A stretch of 64,000 nt of DNA from positions 20,581-84,580 of the IMG/VR virus record IMGVR_UViG_3300036820_000010, one strand, 5' to 3'. The stretch is from a virus. The notes under the pieces were generated by a model. The model ran no database searches. It was not told the DNA's origin and saw only the letters and a list, made by a program, of their open reading frames with translations. The translations under genes were made by a program, and so were the position numbers. This document shows, piece after piece, positions 28,475-37,399 of this stretch (position 1 is the stretch's first letter; each line of letters opens with the position of its first letter).

Positions 28475-28767
28475 CCGACTTCCCAGCCTAGAGCCTGCTC
28501 AGGGGATACTGCTGACTGCACTCGAACTCCGGGATACCTAGCATTACGAGACTTTTTGTACTTCCGACGAATCTCATCCCCAACCTCTTTGCCTGAAGTA
28601 GCAGTTCGAAAGGGACCGATCGGAGGAGACTCATGCCCCTCCTTATCCCAGATCATGGTCAAAACGTAGACGGTCACCTCCGAATCATCTCCTTCTGGAC
28701 GGGCCCGACCACTTGCCCGAAAGTCGGAGTACGACGCGCACCGTGAATCTCCTCGGTCGTCAACCAC
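28471..28767 (-). CDS. Hypothetical protein (likely start ~28677)
   Basis: Co-oriented; GTGA overlap with the upstream stop. Confidence 0.45.
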   Translation of the reverse strand: MVDDRGDSRCASYSDFRASGRARPEGDDSEVTVYVLTMIWDKEGHESPPIGPFRTATSGKEVGDEIRRKYKKSRNARYPGVRVQSAVSPEQALGWEVG

Positions 28768-30020
28768 AGGGTCGGAATCTTCGGGTCAACTGCTTGAGAA
28801 ACACTCCACTCCATGTCAGTGACGATGATGAGCCACTCGTAGTTACCTTCCTTGGCTATCTCGGCGATCGAGGGAGACAGGTCAGTTCCACCACGCCCTT
28901 GCCACTCTAGGGGAATCTGCATCGGGAAGTCAAAACGACTGAAGGTACGATCAGCACCCACGATCGTCCGCGTATCCGCCTGGCGCATGCGCACCTTGCA
29001 GTCAGGAAAGATCTGAAGCGCCCTCTCGATGAAGGTAATAGCCACCTGGCAGTCAGAAGAGTCCATCGACCCTGACGTGTCCACCAAGACCATACCCTCG
29101 CCCAATTCTCTAGCCCGAAGAGACGGAAGTATCACGTCACTCCGGTAGACACTCCTCCGGTTAGGCCGAGAGTACGAGGTGCGGGTCGGCGCGTACCGAG
29201 TCATGAACTGCTTCAAGAGAGACTCAACATCGATCTTCGCCTCGGTCTCGACCCTCGAAACTTCCTTAACCCAACCCGGAAGGTTCCCGCAGTTCTTCGA
29301 GGTCATCACCCCAGTCGCGACCCGGTCTTCCCACTCCTCCTTGGCCTGGGCGACGTTCTTCTTCTTCTGCGCGTCAGATCGATTGTCCTCGCCTGACTGA
29401 GACGACTCTGAACCCGGAGTAGTACTTTGGGCCTGACTCGTCTGCCCCTGCCTGTCACCCTCTCCCTCGGCCTTGCCTGAGATCGAAGGGTGCGGCATGA
29501 CTTCTCCGACCGAGACAGGAGTACCCTGGCCCTGGCCTTGGCCTTGACCTTGACCTTCCTGGCCTTTCATCTCCTCGGCTATCTTCTGCAAGAGATCCTT
29601 CAACTGCTCGTAGTACCACTCGGCCGAACGACCTGCCTCGACATCCCGGAACCTACCTACCTCGGGTACACAACCCAACCGCATCACGATTCCGGTCGGG
29701 TCGCAGTACTCCTTGATGTAGTAGTTCAGGGCGAGGTCAGCGGCCAGGTTCCACTCCTGGGCCGGGATCTGCCCGAACCTGAAGTGATGACCTAGGAACA
29801 GGTGACCCGCCTCATGCAGGATGATCTCCTGGACATCTCGAATCGACATCTTGTCGATGAAATCCGAGTTGTAGTACAGGTGAACTCCATCGGTCGCAGC
29901 CGTCGTGATCACGAGACTCCTGATCTCGACAACTTGCAACGCTGAGATCATGGCCGCGAAGTACGGGTGATGGTCGTAGACGTGATCGAAGCCTCTACGG
30001 ATTTTATCTCGTGCCTTCAT
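28674..30020 (-). CDS. DUF2201-type metallopeptidase-like plus VWA domain protein
   Basis: 'TAATDG', 'ILHEAGH..LGH', 'WNLAADLALN', MIDAS 'VDTSGSM', 'GRGGTD', 'TD'. Confidence 0.9.
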   Translation of the reverse strand: MKARDKIRRGFDHVYDHHPYFAAMISALQVVEIRSLVITTAATDGVHLYYNSDFIDKMSIRDVQEIILHEAGHLFLGHHFRFGQIPAQEWNLAADLALNYYIKEYCDPTGIVMRLGCVPEVGRFRDVEAGRSAEWYYEQLKDLLQKIAEEMKGQEGQGQGQGQGQGTPVSVGEVMPHPSISGKAEGEGDRQGQTSQAQSTTPGSESSQSGEDNRSDAQKKKNVAQAKEEWEDRVATGVMTSKNCGNLPGWVKEVSRVETEAKIDVESLLKQFMTRYAPTRTSYSRPNRRSVYRSDVILPSLRARELGEGMVLVDTSGSMDSSDCQVAITFIERALQIFPDCKVRMRQADTRTIVGADRTFSRFDFPMQIPLEWQGRGGTDLSPSIAEIAKEGNYEWLIIVTDMEWSVSQAVDPKIPTLWLTTEEIHGARRTPTFGQVVGPVQKEMIRR

Positions 30021-30074
30021 GCTTTAATTATAGTACATGCAGGAGGGGCCTGCACAGTTTTTCTAACTTAAATT

Positions 30075-30112
30075 GAGAAGAAGGAGACCCTCCTAGAGAA
30101 GGCCCCCCTCCT
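30075..30112 (-). terminator. Putative intrinsic terminator
   Basis: Minus-strand hairpin GGAGGGGGGCCTTCT-CT-AGGAGGGTCTCCTTCTT followed by a T-rich tail. Confidence 0.45.
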
Positions 30113-30128
30113 GAATTCTTAAGAAAAA

Positions 30129-30689
30129 CTACGGAGCAGTCGTCGTCCAAACTCCAGGCGTCGAGTCGAACCCCGAGTCGGCAGTCCAGTGAACGGTACT
30201 GACACTGACTCCGTTGGGCAGTTCGAAGGCGACTAGACCCTTCAAGGAAGTACCGGGCGTGAGGTTGAAGTCACCCCCATCGAAGTTGGTTCCCTCAGAC
30301 AGAGACCCGATATACTCCTGGTAGACCTGACCGTTGCTCCCGATTATCGTAGCGTCGTTGTTGGCATCGTCGTTGACGGTACCCGAGACCCCGGTCAGGG
30401 TGAACATAGCACCCACGAACCTATCTCCATTGTCAGGAACAGTGAACTCATCCGCTCCCTGGGCAGGATCGATGACCTGGGTGAGCTGCACGGTGTAGAC
30501 GTTCCCCTGGCTATCGGTCACCTGGAAGGTTCCACCGATTTGCTGGGGACCTGCGGGCGGAGTTGGAGTCGACTTGGCCTGAGACCCTGACTTAGGCGGG
30601 TTGACAGAAGCCGTCGGACTCACCGTCCCGCACCCGGCCACGAACAGGGCAGCGACAAAGGCTACCGCAATCACGATTATCTTGGTCAT
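30129..30689 (-). CDS. DUF4352-like lipoprotein (possible superinfection-exclusion / surface protein)
   Basis: Lipobox 'FVAGC'; 'GDRFVG', 'LTPGTSLKGLVAFELP'. Confidence 0.75.
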   Translation of the reverse strand: MTKIIVIAVAFVAALFVAGCGTVSPTASVNPPKSGSQAKSTPTPPAGPQQIGGTFQVTDSQGNVYTVQLTQVIDPAQGADEFTVPDNGDRFVGAMFTLTGVSGTVNDDANNDATIIGSNGQVYQEYIGSLSEGTNFDGGDFNLTPGTSLKGLVAFELPNGVSVSTVHWTADSGFDSTPGVWTTTAP

Positions 30690-30761
30690 TCGCTTTCGAC
30701 CTCCTAGGGTCATTCCGAGGTTACCTGGGCCAGAACTGTTCAAGAGGGGAAGCGAGGCCCC

Positions 30762-31628
30762 TTAGGCCTCGCTCTTGTCCCACCCACTGATGTCGTCGAG
30801 GATAGATCCTGCCTTGGACTGGAGACGCTCCTTGCCTCCCTCCTCCGACCGAACCTCCTCGGCCGTCATCCCGCCGAGTTCCTTCGAGACCTTCTGGATC
30901 AGAGCGGTGATCTTGGGGTCGTTGGTCAGGTTCAGGGCGGGCGCCTGCTCCAGAAGAGCGTTCAGGGACTCAAGAGTCGTCTTGTGAACCCTCTCCCCCT
31001 TCGCGATCTTCGAGACAGCGTCGACCAGACGGTGGACGATGTCAGACGTCGCCTGCGCGATCTGCTTCTGGGTGTTGGCCACGACCCGGTCGCGAATCTC
31101 GTCCTGCACTTCCTGGGACACGTGACGTAGACGAAAGTCCTTGGACGGAAGAGGGGTCTCTTCGGTCTCGAAGGCAAAAGCGCTATCCATCTTCTCGACA
31201 CTCGGGAAGGGAACATCTTCAGCGACCGAGGGTCCGACCCTCTCAAGGTAGTTCTGGACCAGCTCGTCCCGCTGCGAGATGACCTTCTGCGCCTCGTCCA
31301 GATACTCCTGTTCGTACTTGCGCATCTCCGACATGAACTCTTGGTAAGAAGTAATCGGGAGGATCCGGAAGTCCTCGGACCAGGGGAGAGTCTTCTCCTT
31401 GAAGTAAGCCTTGGCCGCAGTGTAGACCCGGTTCAAGGGCCCGAGAACCGTCCACTGGATTACCTGGACGTACCCCTTGACCGAGGCCTTGTCCGCCTCC
31501 AACGACTCCGCCGCCGCCGAGGTGACCGTCTTGCTCGAGGTCAGGACTCCAAGTTGCGTGATCCTGAGGCGAACCAGGATCGCATCCCGAGACAGATCGA
31601 ACGAAGAAGGCGAGTTCTGCACGTACAT
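30762..31628 (-). CDS. Helical protein (DUF3150-like), typical partner of phage MoxR-AAA/VWA genes
   Basis: 'AILVRLRI', 'TLPW...RILP', 'DFRL', 'LNLTNDP'; RBS AAGGAG. Confidence 0.6.
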   Translation of the reverse strand: MYVQNSPSSFDLSRDAILVRLRITQLGVLTSSKTVTSAAAESLEADKASVKGYVQVIQWTVLGPLNRVYTAAKAYFKEKTLPWSEDFRILPITSYQEFMSEMRKYEQEYLDEAQKVISQRDELVQNYLERVGPSVAEDVPFPSVEKMDSAFAFETEETPLPSKDFRLRHVSQEVQDEIRDRVVANTQKQIAQATSDIVHRLVDAVSKIAKGERVHKTTLESLNALLEQAPALNLTNDPKITALIQKVSKELGGMTAEEVRSEEGGKERLQSKAGSILDDISGWDKSEA

Positions 31629-31715
31629 GACTCCTTTTCTAGAATTCCGCTTAACATCTATTATTATAAGGCACTCAGGAAGAAACTGCAAGCAAAATCC
31701 TGACAAATTTAAGGA

Positions 31716-31756
31716 GAAAATAAAGAGACCGGACCCCCTAGGGGCCCGGCCTCCTT
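31716..31756 (-). terminator. Intrinsic terminator
   Basis: Minus-strand hairpin GAGGCCGGGCCCC-TA-GGGGGTCCGGTCTC plus TTTATTTT. Confidence 0.7.
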
Positions 31757-31769
31757 GTGATGGGGGGTC

Positions 31770-32231
31770 CTAGTTAGCCGGGTGTCCAGTATCCGGGAAA
31801 CCCGGAACCACAGGCGCTGTCTGCACCTGAGACCCGACAACTGCAGGAGTTCCCCCACCCGAGCCGGTTCCCGTCGTCTGCGTTGACGGGGGAGTCGGCG
31901 TCGAGGTCGGAGTTGGAGTAGAAGTTGGGACAGGCGTCGGAGTCGGAGTAGGCACAGGAGTTGGAGTAGCCGTCGGGGATGGGCAAGGGGTGGGCTTGAC
32001 GCAGTCGTGGTTGTTCCCACCCTGGTCATTTCCACCCTGCAGAATCACCCCATAAGTCTGACCCCCACAGTTCTTACCCCCGTTGCCTCCATTACCTCCC
32101 TGGCCACCGTTCCCCTGGTTGTTATTCCCACCGGAGAAGTTAGCACTCGCCGAGATAGAGAAGACAACTAAACCGACCAGGATTGCGGCCACCCCCAGGA
32201 TGACCTTGATTGACTTGAGACCTCTGATCAC
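31770..32231 (-). CDS. Secreted protein with G/N-rich segment, PT repeats and C-terminal FPDTG
   Basis: Signal peptide ending 'ASA'; (PT)n linker; RBS GAGGAGG. Confidence 0.7.
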   Translation of the reverse strand: MIRGLKSIKVILGVAAILVGLVVFSISASANFSGGNNNQGNGGQGGNGGNGGKNCGGQTYGVILQGGNDQGGNNHDCVKPTPCPSPTATPTPVPTPTPTPVPTSTPTPTSTPTPPSTQTTGTGSGGGTPAVVGSQVQTAPVVPGFPDTGHPAN

Positions 32232-32289
32232 TGCAACCTCCTCAGGTTTTCTATTCCGTACTGCCCCAGGATGATATCGGATCCACCAA

Positions 32290-32971
32290 CTTAGATTTTA
32301 AGGAGGGCACCCAAGATTTTTAGGCCTTGGGCGCCCGGAAGGAAGGGAGTCAACCTTGGTTAGGACCTCGACACCGAGATCTTCGATCAGGCCCGTCTGC
32401 CTAGGCACTAAGTGAAAAACAGTCAACCCTTAACGCAGAGTGCACTTCCGACTGGGGGTGTATAGTTTCACTCCTAGACCTGCTGCAGCATTTCAGCAGA
32501 AAGGCCCGATCGAAGTAGACAGTAAGAAGCGGGGAGCGAGATTCCTGAAAGCCAGAAAGTTAAGGAAAGGCAGTGTTTCGGGGTGAGAGTCCCCCCTACT
32601 AAGGGCCTTTCCCCGTCCCAACTCTACTCAATCTCAGCCGGACGACAGTGACCCCTAACTTCATCACCTGCCCGGGACTCCCCTGAGGCAGCTCGAGCTT
32701 ACCTCTTGCTGTCTACCTACCGGATTGACTTGTCACCTATTTCGGTTGGATAGACAGGCCTACTCATCCTCCCCGGGACACTCAAGTTGTAAACTAAGTC
32801 AACCCTAGATACCTGAGTAAGGGGGGAGTTTCGACACTTTCAGACTATCTACCCAACCCATCCGCAATCGAACTCGCGGACAAGGTGGAGGAAGCGCGGG
32901 TCCTATGACCAAAGACCCAAGCATGGGAACCTACCTTGCCTCCCCCACCTTGTCCGCGTATTCAACTGACA
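32290..32971 (-). ncRNA. Candidate large structured non-coding RNA (~680 nt)
   Basis: No ORF >=60 aa on the minus strand; TTGCAT-N17-TATAAT promoter immediately upstream; many long helices whose G-U pairs mostly favour the minus strand. Confidence 0.6.
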
Positions 32972-32977
32972 ACTATG

Positions 32978-33006
32978 ATTATAGCGCCACCAAGCCTCGA
33001 ATGCAA
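32978..33006 (-). promoter_or_regulatory. Sigma70-type promoter TTGCAT-N17-TATAAT
   Basis: -35 at 33006-33001, -10 at 32983-32978. Confidence 0.75.
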
Positions 33007-33015
33007 CCGAAATCC

Positions 33016-33282
33016 TCAACTCTTTTCGTGGGCGCCCAAGGCCTTAAGACTACCCTGAGGCAAAGACTCGATATCGATGATCGGACCTGCCTCACCCGCG
33101 GCAGAGATATCAGGCACTCCCTCAGCAATGACCAGAATCTCGTAGTCTAGCCTCATCCTCTGACCCACAGACACCCAAGCCTCACCCCCGCCTATCACCT
33201 TGACCAGAACTCGAGAGCCTTCGATCTTACGGATCTCGACTTCTGCGACCGCATGCAACTCCCCTGAGACCCCAGACCTCAT
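33016..33282 (-). CDS. Hypothetical protein
   Basis: RBS GGAGG; coupled ORF. Confidence 0.5.
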   Translation of the reverse strand: MRSGVSGELHAVAEVEIRKIEGSRVLVKVIGGGEAWVSVGQRMRLDYEILVIAEGVPDISAAGEAGPIIDIESLPQGSLKALGAHEKS

Positions 33283-33563
33283 CAGGACCTCCCGCTGTCA
33301 AGACTTGGAATATCAGGATGTCTTGAGAAGAACTCCTCGGAAGAGATCCTCAACAAGTGGAAGGAGACTACATCCTCGAGAAGGGAATAGTACCTGAGCA
33401 TCCATTCTTCTTGCCCGACAGCGATACCTTCCTCAACACCCTCCCGGTACCTCATCTCCTGGACTGTCTCGGGCCTCCTGATGACCAACTCATAATAGAC
33501 CTCAGGGTCAACCTCAACTACCCTGCCTGAGGAAAGATGCACAAAGTCTTTGTCCAGGGTCAT
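33282..33563 (-). CDS. Hypothetical protein
   Basis: MTLDKDF start overlapping the upstream stop. Confidence 0.5.
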   Translation of the reverse strand: MTLDKDFVHLSSGRVVEVDPEVYYELVIRRPETVQEMRYREGVEEGIAVGQEEWMLRYYSLLEDVVSFHLLRISSEEFFSRHPDIPSLDSGRS

Positions 33564-34588
33564 CGCCTCAGTTTGAACACCTGATCCTTGACCAGTAGGG
33601 GCTTGTCCTCTGGACCCTTGACGAACGGATCGATCCAGATCTGACGATGATCCTGCAGTGATGGGTACCACTGCTGCCTCCAGAATCCGCCTGTCGCACC
33701 CCCGACGATCCAGCGATGATCCCAGTTGACCCCGATCGGGTCATGGTCAGAATGGGGTCTCTTGGGAACTGCTCGACGCAGAGTGACCACTTGGATTTCC
33801 TGGACCTTAGACTTAGTCTTCCTCTCGATGCCCCTTCTGATCTGACGAGGCAAATGAGCAGTCTCACGGACTGCCACCCTCTGCTGGCACATAGCGAAGA
33901 ATGCCACCAAGACCAAGTAGTCTGGCTTAACTGACTCTTTCTGCCCCTCTTCCCTCTCACTCTCCTTTAGGGTCTTCCCGAATTCGAAGGCAGTAAAATG
34001 CAGGAGAGACAAACGAGGAAGTTGACCCAACATATCCGAGTGCCTCTCTAGGACATCCCGAAAGATCCCCTGGTTGACCTCGTCCAACGGGTCTTGCATG
34101 TCCGACCAGAACCCGACCAAGACCCCAAAACGTCCGTCTACCTCAGGGTACTGAACTGACTTCCAAGACATAGCGCAGGTCCTGCAAGTCTTTCCATGGA
34201 CCTCTTTGAAGGTCAAGTACTCTGACAGGATCATCACCCCGTCAGGAGAAGGCAAGTCTGACTCTAAGAGACGCTGGTCGTCCATCGACTCTGCCGCCTT
34301 CAAGAGGAGGTTAGACATCTCGCGAGTAACCAGATAGACAGGAGCGTCCCGAAAGGGACCTAAGACTCCCCCTGCCCAGGACTCGAAGTTGAAGTTAGTA
34401 CCTATCTTCGTGTTGAGAGAATCCAAAAACCCCTGGAAGACCCTGTGACCCAAAGAAGTCTTAGACCAAGAATAGAGATTAGTAACCAACGAAATCCCGT
34501 CAGCGGCCGTCCCCCACAAGGGGGGAGGCCCACTAACCAGAGAAGGCTTCTGACTCATGTCAGAACTGCTCAACCTTCTTCTGTCCAA
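33560..34588 (-). CDS. Conserved phage hypothetical protein (HRWxV..G.WR.Q motif)
   Basis: C-terminal 'DHRWIVGG..GFWRQQWYPS...IWIDPFVKGPEDKPL' resembles a motif seen in actinophage proteins. Confidence 0.65.
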   Translation of the reverse strand: MDRRRLSSSDMSQKPSLVSGPPPLWGTAADGISLVTNLYSWSKTSLGHRVFQGFLDSLNTKIGTNFNFESWAGGVLGPFRDAPVYLVTREMSNLLLKAAESMDDQRLLESDLPSPDGVMILSEYLTFKEVHGKTCRTCAMSWKSVQYPEVDGRFGVLVGFWSDMQDPLDEVNQGIFRDVLERHSDMLGQLPRLSLLHFTAFEFGKTLKESEREEGQKESVKPDYLVLVAFFAMCQQRVAVRETAHLPRQIRRGIERKTKSKVQEIQVVTLRRAVPKRPHSDHDPIGVNWDHRWIVGGATGGFWRQQWYPSLQDHRQIWIDPFVKGPEDKPLLVKDQVFKLRR

Positions 34589-35672
34589 AGTCGACCGACA
34601 CCCTAGATGCAGAAGGCCTGTTGTTCTTGGTCTTCCACAAGTGGTACTGAGGAGCAGTCAGAGTGCGCGGGATGTCTTCGACCAGACGGCGGACCAAGTA
34701 GGTCGAGGGCTCTTCTGGCCAGCGCATCCCGTAGACCAGAATTGCGTTAACTGCGTCCTCGTTACCCTTAGCGTAGTTGACCAGAGACAGAGTCAGAGAG
34801 TACAGGAGGGAAGGTTCCTTCGGGATCTTGACCGACTCAGGGGAGTCCAGGATCTCTTGAATCTGAGGGACCTCCTCGAACATCTTCTTGTACTGTAGAA
34901 ACTCGGTCGCCGCACCCTCACCGATGCAACCCGCCATCAGCGCCTTGGTGATGTCCTTGGTCTCGAACTTACCTTCTAAGGAGAGTTCCTCGGCTACCCC
35001 CAGGATCCTATCCGCGTACTCGAAGGACCGTGGAGTAGCGTAGGCCATGTCGGTAACGTCTGGCTTCTCCTTCGCTGCCCCGTTCGCCCAGACCTCCTGA
35101 CGAAAGGCAGCAAACCCCTGCAGTAAAGGAGAAACATCGCCCAACTTCTGGGCCCAAGCAAGAAAAGAGCGAAGAGCATCCTGGGACCCAATCTCGATGT
35201 AGAGGTGACACATGCGGTTGGCCGCCGCCTTCGACAGAGGAGTAGTCCCGATGTCAGAAGTCGAGTTCCCAGCCAAGATCACGAAGGCGTTCTTGGAGAG
35301 TTCGTGCCCATTCAACTTCCGGTCCAGGATCAACTGCAGGGCAGTATTCTGAACGTCGAGGCGAGCCCGGTCGAACTCATCGAGGAACACGATCGCCTTC
35401 TCGTCAGTATCGAAGGGGAGCGTCTGAGGCATGAGGTACGTGAGGACCTTGTGCCCATCCTCCGCATCCTGGGGATAGGGAATCCCGCCTAAGTCAGAAG
35501 GTTCCTTGTCCGAGAGTCGGTAGTCGTAGATCTTGTAGTCCAGACGCTCCGCGATCTGCCTGACTACCGAGGACTTCCCGATCCCAACCGGACCCCACAG
35601 GGCAACCGGGACCTGAGCGACGAAACAAGTCACCGTCGCACGCTCCGCCTGCTCCAAGGTGATGAACTGCAT
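34560..35672 (-). CDS. MoxR-like AAA+ ATPase
   Basis: 'LWGPVGIGKS', 'DLGGIP', 'FLDEFDRA', 'LAGN', 'ANRM', 'TPRSF'. Confidence 0.9.
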   Translation of the reverse strand: MQFITLEQAERATVTCFVAQVPVALWGPVGIGKSSVVRQIAERLDYKIYDYRLSDKEPSDLGGIPYPQDAEDGHKVLTYLMPQTLPFDTDEKAIVFLDEFDRARLDVQNTALQLILDRKLNGHELSKNAFVILAGNSTSDIGTTPLSKAAANRMCHLYIEIGSQDALRSFLAWAQKLGDVSPLLQGFAAFRQEVWANGAAKEKPDVTDMAYATPRSFEYADRILGVAEELSLEGKFETKDITKALMAGCIGEGAATEFLQYKKMFEEVPQIQEILDSPESVKIPKEPSLLYSLTLSLVNYAKGNEDAVNAILVYGMRWPEEPSTYLVRRLVEDIPRTLTAPQYHLWKTKNNRPSASRVSVDFGQKKVEQF

Positions 35673-35730
35673 ATTTGAACTCCTGCCCTGGACTCGAGCG
35701 GGCTTCTCGCCGGGTTCCTTGATATCTATT

Positions 35731-35759
35731 ATTATAGGCACTCAGACACAGGAACGCAA
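35731..35759 (-). promoter_or_regulatory. Promoter TTGCGT-N17-TATAAT; same class at 31663-31691, 30027-30055 and 46677-46705
   Basis: Exact 17-bp spacing in all copies; the 31.7-kb and 35.7-kb copies share CTGAGTGCC(T)TATAATAATAGAT. Confidence 0.7.
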
Positions 35760-35793
35760 GGTCCTAGGGTAGAAATTTTCAGGAAAACCTAGA

Positions 35794-36153
35794 CTAGGAA
35801 GATTTCTCTCCCGGACCACTGACTACCTCGACATGAACTAGGCCTCGAGGCTTCGGCTGGGCCAGGACTTGGTCCGAGATGAGGAAAGCAGCATCCGCAA
35901 CATCCACCGCAGCAACTGGAATCTCAGTTTCTAGGGTCAAGCGCAACTTACGCCCATCTTGAAGAAGGACAGCATTAACGACGCGCGCGCGCGTAGTCTT
36001 CCCATCCTCTCCACGGACTACAGTAGACGTCCCGGGCAGTTTGGAAACTGACCCCTCTGCCCAGATCGAGTTACCTTTAGGTCCGACTTCTAGAGTCCAA
36101 CGCATCCTTTTCTGCTCTCCTCTTGGCTGCTCGGTCTCGGTTACGCTGGGCAA
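35794..36153 (-). CDS. Hypothetical protein
   Basis: Co-oriented ORF. Confidence 0.45.
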   Translation of the reverse strand: MPSVTETEQPRGEQKRMRWTLEVGPKGNSIWAEGSVSKLPGTSTVVRGEDGKTTRARVVNAVLLQDGRKLRLTLETEIPVAAVDVADAAFLISDQVLAQPKPRGLVHVEVVSGPGEKSS

Positions 36154-36427
36154 GATTCCGACTCGCGTTGGCCCTACCTTTCAGGCGGGCTCGGTTAGTG
36201 TAAAAGACCTCACGCGTAATCTCCCACTCCAACCCTCCCTCGACAACCAGGTCACGGTGATAGACAAGAATCGGGACTCCCTTCTCGATCTTAGGTATGA
36301 TCACGGCCGTGTTCTTGAGGCACGCCTTCATCACCCAGGCTTCACCCTGGTACAAGACATCCTGCATAGGCTTGGGTTGGTGATCAAGAGTAGGCCGGCC
36401 TTCTAGTGCTGCTGGGAGAGTCTTCAA
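36077..36427 (-). CDS. Hypothetical protein
   Basis: Coupled ORF. Confidence 0.5.
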   Translation of the reverse strand: MKTLPAALEGRPTLDHQPKPMQDVLYQGEAWVMKACLKNTAVIIPKIEKGVPILVYHRDLVVEGGLEWEITREVFYTNRARLKGRANASRNLAQRNRDRAAKRRAEKDALDSRSRT

Positions 36428-36645
36428 CCTTGCTCCTTCGATGCGTTAATCCGATTCTTAACTGCTGCCGGAGGATGCCCGATATGGTACTTGTGGCAAA
36501 AACTGCAGGAATAAGGAATCAGACCTCCTCCCTGCCCGTTGTTCCTGATCGACTCTATGGCTGCTAGGGCTTCTTCATGGGTGTCGAACTGCCTCTTGCC
36601 TTGACACGCAGACCGACGGAGTCTTCGCTTCGATGACATATTCAC
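36424..36645 (-). CDS. Small Zn-finger protein (C..K.F...YxCxxCxxYH)
   Basis: 'CQGKRQF', 'YSCSFCHKYHIGH'. Confidence 0.7.
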   Translation of the reverse strand: MNMSSKRRLRRSACQGKRQFDTHEEALAAIESIRNNGQGGGLIPYSCSFCHKYHIGHPPAAVKNRINASKEQG

Positions 36646-36902
36646 TTTACTCCCGGCTTATTGATGACTTTTGAACTCAAAGTCCCCTGGATCGAAAACC
36701 TCCTGAGTTGGGAACTTTCACCCCGAGGAACAGGAGAAGGCGAACCCGAGTAGAAGAACTCTATCTCAGCATCAACTGACTCGAGTTCAACCCAACTCCC
36801 ATTCCCGAAGAAAACTTGGACTTTAGTCAGAGGGTTCGAGAGTTCACTGAAGTCGTCCAGGGGTTCCTCCTGCCTGACCACATAGTCAGGAACAGAAATC
36901 AT
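36642..36902 (-). CDS. Hypothetical protein
   Basis: MISVPDYVVR start resembles MRVPDYIVR of 15904..16173. Confidence 0.5.
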   Translation of the reverse strand: MISVPDYVVRQEEPLDDFSELSNPLTKVQVFFGNGSWVELESVDAEIEFFYSGSPSPVPRGESSQLRRFSIQGTLSSKVINKPGVK

Positions 36903-37198
36903 CCCGCCTTCTTCTTCTGACACCATACACAAACCATGTCTCGGCCGAGGGGCCCAGCACAAGACCTACAGGTCCCATGCGGACGGATCAAGTTCAGACG
37001 GTAGACGGTGAGGGACGCTTGTAGATCTGCGAGAACACTCAGAGACTCTGCGCGTGGAATATGGGCCTTGACGGCTCGACAAGATGGGAGGGAAATGATC
37101 CTGTCCAACTCGCTAGACTCCGCCTCTAGAACCAACTCTACGGTCGAGGCAGGGAGTCCCTTTGGGGGTCGCACCATCAAATCCATCATGTCTATCAT
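36899..37198 (-). CDS. Zn-ribbon hypothetical protein
   Basis: 'CRSC...CVWC'; TATAAT upstream. Confidence 0.55.
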   Translation of the reverse strand: MIDMMDLMVRPPKGLPASTVELVLEAESSELDRIISLPSCRAVKAHIPRAESLSVLADLQASLTVYRLNLIRPHGTCRSCAGPLGRDMVCVWCQKKKAG

Positions 37199-37237
37199 TA
37201 TAGTAGGTCTTGCGGGAGCGTGCGGGTTTTCCCTCCC

Positions 37238-37399
37238 TCAAGGGACTAGAAAGAAGACCAGTCCGACAAAGGCCAGTCCGATCCCGAACGGGAGCAACTG
37301 CAGAGACCCGACGGCTACCCCGAAAGTAACCAAGAACTCCGCGATCGCTCCGAGAATCAATAGAACTGCTCCAACGACGGCGCGAGTCGATCTCGGCAC
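37238..37399 (-). CDS. Small 2-TM membrane protein
   Basis: VPRSTRAVVGAVLLILGAIAEFLVTFGVAVGSLQLLPFGIGLAFVGLVFFLVP; RBS GAGGAG. Confidence 0.55.
   Translation of the reverse strand: MPRSTRAVVGAVLLILGAIAEFLVTFGVAVGSLQLLPFGIGLAFVGLVFFLVP

Noticed and set aside
32290-32971. tmRNA, RNase P, group II intron or HEARO/omegaRNA identity for the structured region
   Set aside because: No tRNA-like ends, no GAGGAAAGUCC, no domain V motif, and no adjacent IscB/RT ORF recognised by eye; a covariance search is still needed
32905-33150. 81-aa plus-strand ORF overlapping the candidate ncRNA start
   Set aside because: It is antisense to the surrounding operon and promoter, and the product has no recognisable features
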